Shown here in pieces: positions 62,377-64,000 of a stretch of DNA of 64,000 nucleotides. Below the pieces are notes generated by a model, which worked only from the letters and a program-made list of their open reading frames with translations, did no database searches and was not told the origin of the DNA. The position numbers and the translations under genes were made by a program. Numbering within the stretch: position 1 is the stretch's first letter; each line of letters opens with the position of its first letter. Origin of the DNA: an uncultured Mollicutes bacterium (lineage in GTDB: Bacteria; Bacillota_I; Bacilli_A; ML615J-28; CAG-313); assembly GCA_900538885.1 (NCBI GenBank), contig UQAI01000002.1, positions 19,211-83,210 on the forward strand, given 5' to 3'.

Positions 62377-63294
62377 ATGTTAAAAATAGTTTTTATGGGA
62401 ACTCCTTTATTTAGTGTTCCAATTTTAGAAGCCTTAATTAATGAATATGAGGTAATTGGTGTAGTGACACAACCAGATAAAAAAGTAGGAAGAAAACAAG
62501 AACTTATGGCATCTCCAGTTAAAGAGTGTGCATTAAAACATAATATTCCAGTGTTTCAACCTATAAAAATAAGAACAGACTATGAAGATATAGCTGCGTT
62601 AAAACCGGATCTAATTGTTACAGCCGCATATGGCCAAATAGTTGGGATGAAACTACTAAATACTCCAAAGTATCGCTCAATTAATGTTCATGCTTCACTT
62701 CTTCCTAAATATCGTGGTGGAGCGCCAATTCATGAAGCGATTAAACAAGGTGAATCAGAAACTGGCGTTACAATCATGTATATGGAAAAAGGTATGGATT
62801 CGGGTGATATATTAGCTCAAAAGAAAATTCCAATCACTGATGAGGATAATTCAGGAACCATGTTTGAAAAATTATCATTACTTGGTCGTGATTTACTATT
62901 AGAAGTAATACCTAAACTTGTTAATGGTGAGATTGAGCCAATTAAACAAGATGAAACTAAAGTTACTTTTGCTTATAATGTGACCAAAGAAGAGGAAAAA
63001 CTAGACTTTACAAAATCCGCTAGAACGGTATTTAATCATATAAGAGCGTACAATCCATTTCCTACAGCCTATATGGAATTAGGTGGTGACATAGTGAAAG
63101 TATATGACTCAAAAATTAATGATGAAACCCATAACAAAACTCCAGGTACTATTCTAAAAACGACAAAACACGGATTTTTAATGGCTTGTGGAAATGGTAC
63201 AACTCTAGAAATTCTAGAAGTTCAACCAAGTGGTAAAAAAAGAATGAAAGCAAGCGATTATGCTAACGGAGCTATTAGAAAATATTTAAAGTAG
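62377..63294 (+). CDS. fmt: Methionyl-tRNA formyltransferase.
   Basis: KIVFMGTP, VVTQPDK, SLLPKYRGGAPI, and a C-terminal domain. Confidence 0.9.
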   Translation: MLKIVFMGTPLFSVPILEALINEYEVIGVVTQPDKKVGRKQELMASPVKECALKHNIPVFQPIKIRTDYEDIAALKPDLIVTAAYGQIVGMKLLNTPKYRSINVHASLLPKYRGGAPIHEAIKQGESETGVTIMYMEKGMDSGDILAQKKIPITDEDNSGTMFEKLSLLGRDLLLEVIPKLVNGEIEPIKQDETKVTFAYNVTKEEEKLDFTKSARTVFNHIRAYNPFPTAYMELGGDIVKVYDSKINDETHNKTPGTILKTTKHGFLMACGNGTTLEILEVQPSGKKRMKASDYANGAIRKYLK

Positions 63295-63305
63295 GAGAAA
63301 GAAAG

Positions 63306-63845
63306 ATGAAACCAAAATTATATTATTCACGAGAAGAAATGCAAGAATTAAATACTCAAAAATTAAAAGAACGTGGTGTAACTGTTGAAGAAATTGCTTT
63401 AATAGCTTATCACCAACAAAGTAAATATAATAAAGGCGTTGATATGACAACTTGCATTGAAAGTGTAGAAAAAATACTATCATTAAGAGATATTTTTCAT
63501 CTATTACAATTGGGGGCTGAAATTGATCGCTTAACTGAAGAAGGAGCTTTTGAAGGCCCTATTCAAGATATTATGAGTTACGACCTTGGCGTATTTGGTG
63601 TTGATGAAATATTTGGACTAGATATTGCAAGACTTTATGGAGCAATAGGTCAAACTAATTTTGGGGATATTGATGTAAATAAACCTGGAATAGTAGCAAA
63701 ACTAAATGATGAAGGAAAAGGCGGGAAACCAAAATGTCATACTTTTCTTGATGATATTGTTGGAGCAATCGCTGCAGCCGCATCAACAAGAGTTGCCCAA
63801 ATTATTTCTGAAAATGAAGCAGAAGGAAAAAAAACTGATAAGTAA
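63306..63845 (+). CDS. PgpA-family (phosphatidylglycerophosphatase A-like) protein, apparently soluble.
   Basis: [14 protein letters not shown] and [16 protein letters not shown] resemble PgpA motifs (WDEFIG..., IMIDDIVAG). No TM helices. A weak call. Confidence 0.35.
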   Translation: MKPKLYYSREEMQELNTQKLKERGVTVEEIALIAYHQQSKYNKGVDMTTCIESVEKILSLRDIFHLLQLGAEIDRLTEEGAFEGPIQDIMSYDLGVFGVDEIFGLDIARLYGAIGQTNFGDIDVNKPGIVAKLNDEGKGGKPKCHTFLDDIVGAIAAAASTRVAQIISENEAEGKKTDK

Positions 63846-63847
63846 TT

Positions 63848-64000
63848 ATGGAATCAATTAAAAAAATATATAAAATAGGATATGGACCTTCAAGCTCACA
63901 TACAATGGGACCAGGTTACGCCGCAGAAAAGTTTTTGAAAAGAAACAATATGGCCGACTATTTTGAAGTAGAACTATTTGGTTCTCTTGCTTTAACTGGT
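63848..64000 (+). CDS. sdaA: L-serine dehydratase (iron-sulfur dependent), N-terminal part. It runs off the window end.
   Basis: [13 protein letters not shown] ... LFGSLALTG matches the SdaA N-terminal signature. Confidence 0.6.
   Translation, partial: MESIKKIYKIGYGPSSSHTMGPGYAAEKFLKRNNMADYFEVELFGSLALTG

Overview
This is a low-GC (roughly 30% by eye) chromosomal window. Gene order suggests a Bacilli-like or Erysipelotrichia-like Firmicute, and the standard genetic code applies because the long core genes are intact.

Most of the window is core genome. From left to right it holds the recX 3' end, ftsK (SftA-like, no TM anchor), lepB, rbgA-rnhB and topA. Then come ftsY-ylxM-ffh, ruvA and ruvB (divergently oriented), queA, the glycogen operon glgB-C-D-A-P and pfkA. 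After a surface-protein cluster come metG, rplM-rpsI and a long conserved run: cysS-mrnC-rlmB-sigH-rpmG-secE-nusG-(tandem GNAT)-rplK-rplA-rplJ-rplL-ybxB-rpoB-rpoC. The window ends with priA-fmt, a pgpA-like gene and the start of sdaA. I found no rRNA, tRNA or CRISPR array.

Several features stand out from the core:
- A clear FMN riboswitch drives one ORF in which a RibU-like ECF transporter S component is fused to a complete glycerate-kinase-family domain.
- A cytoplasmic protein has five zinc ribbons and a C-terminal SHOCT domain, and carries a near-perfect 117-bp tandem duplication. It sits next to a gene fusing a polytopic membrane domain to a beta-lactamase fold.
- A short TM protein is translationally coupled to the TM-less FtsK, suggesting a two-piece translocase.
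- A decaying islet holds a RhuM gene with an in-frame TAA and an N-terminally truncated YhcG-like PDDEXK nuclease.
- A lone DUF4143 AAA ATPase is inserted between rnhB and topA.
- A promoter-to-terminator candidate sRNA with C-rich loops lies between topA and ftsY.
- An aldo/keto reductase gene carries an internal deletion.
- Three paralogous surface-protein genes carry poly-A(7) tracts at their 5' ends. One is frameshifted, consistent with phase variation.
- A tandem-GNAT gene interrupts the secE-nusG-rplK cluster.
- The PriA orthologue has lost its Walker A and DExH motifs.

Everything here rests on reading motifs and reading frames by eye, not on database searches.
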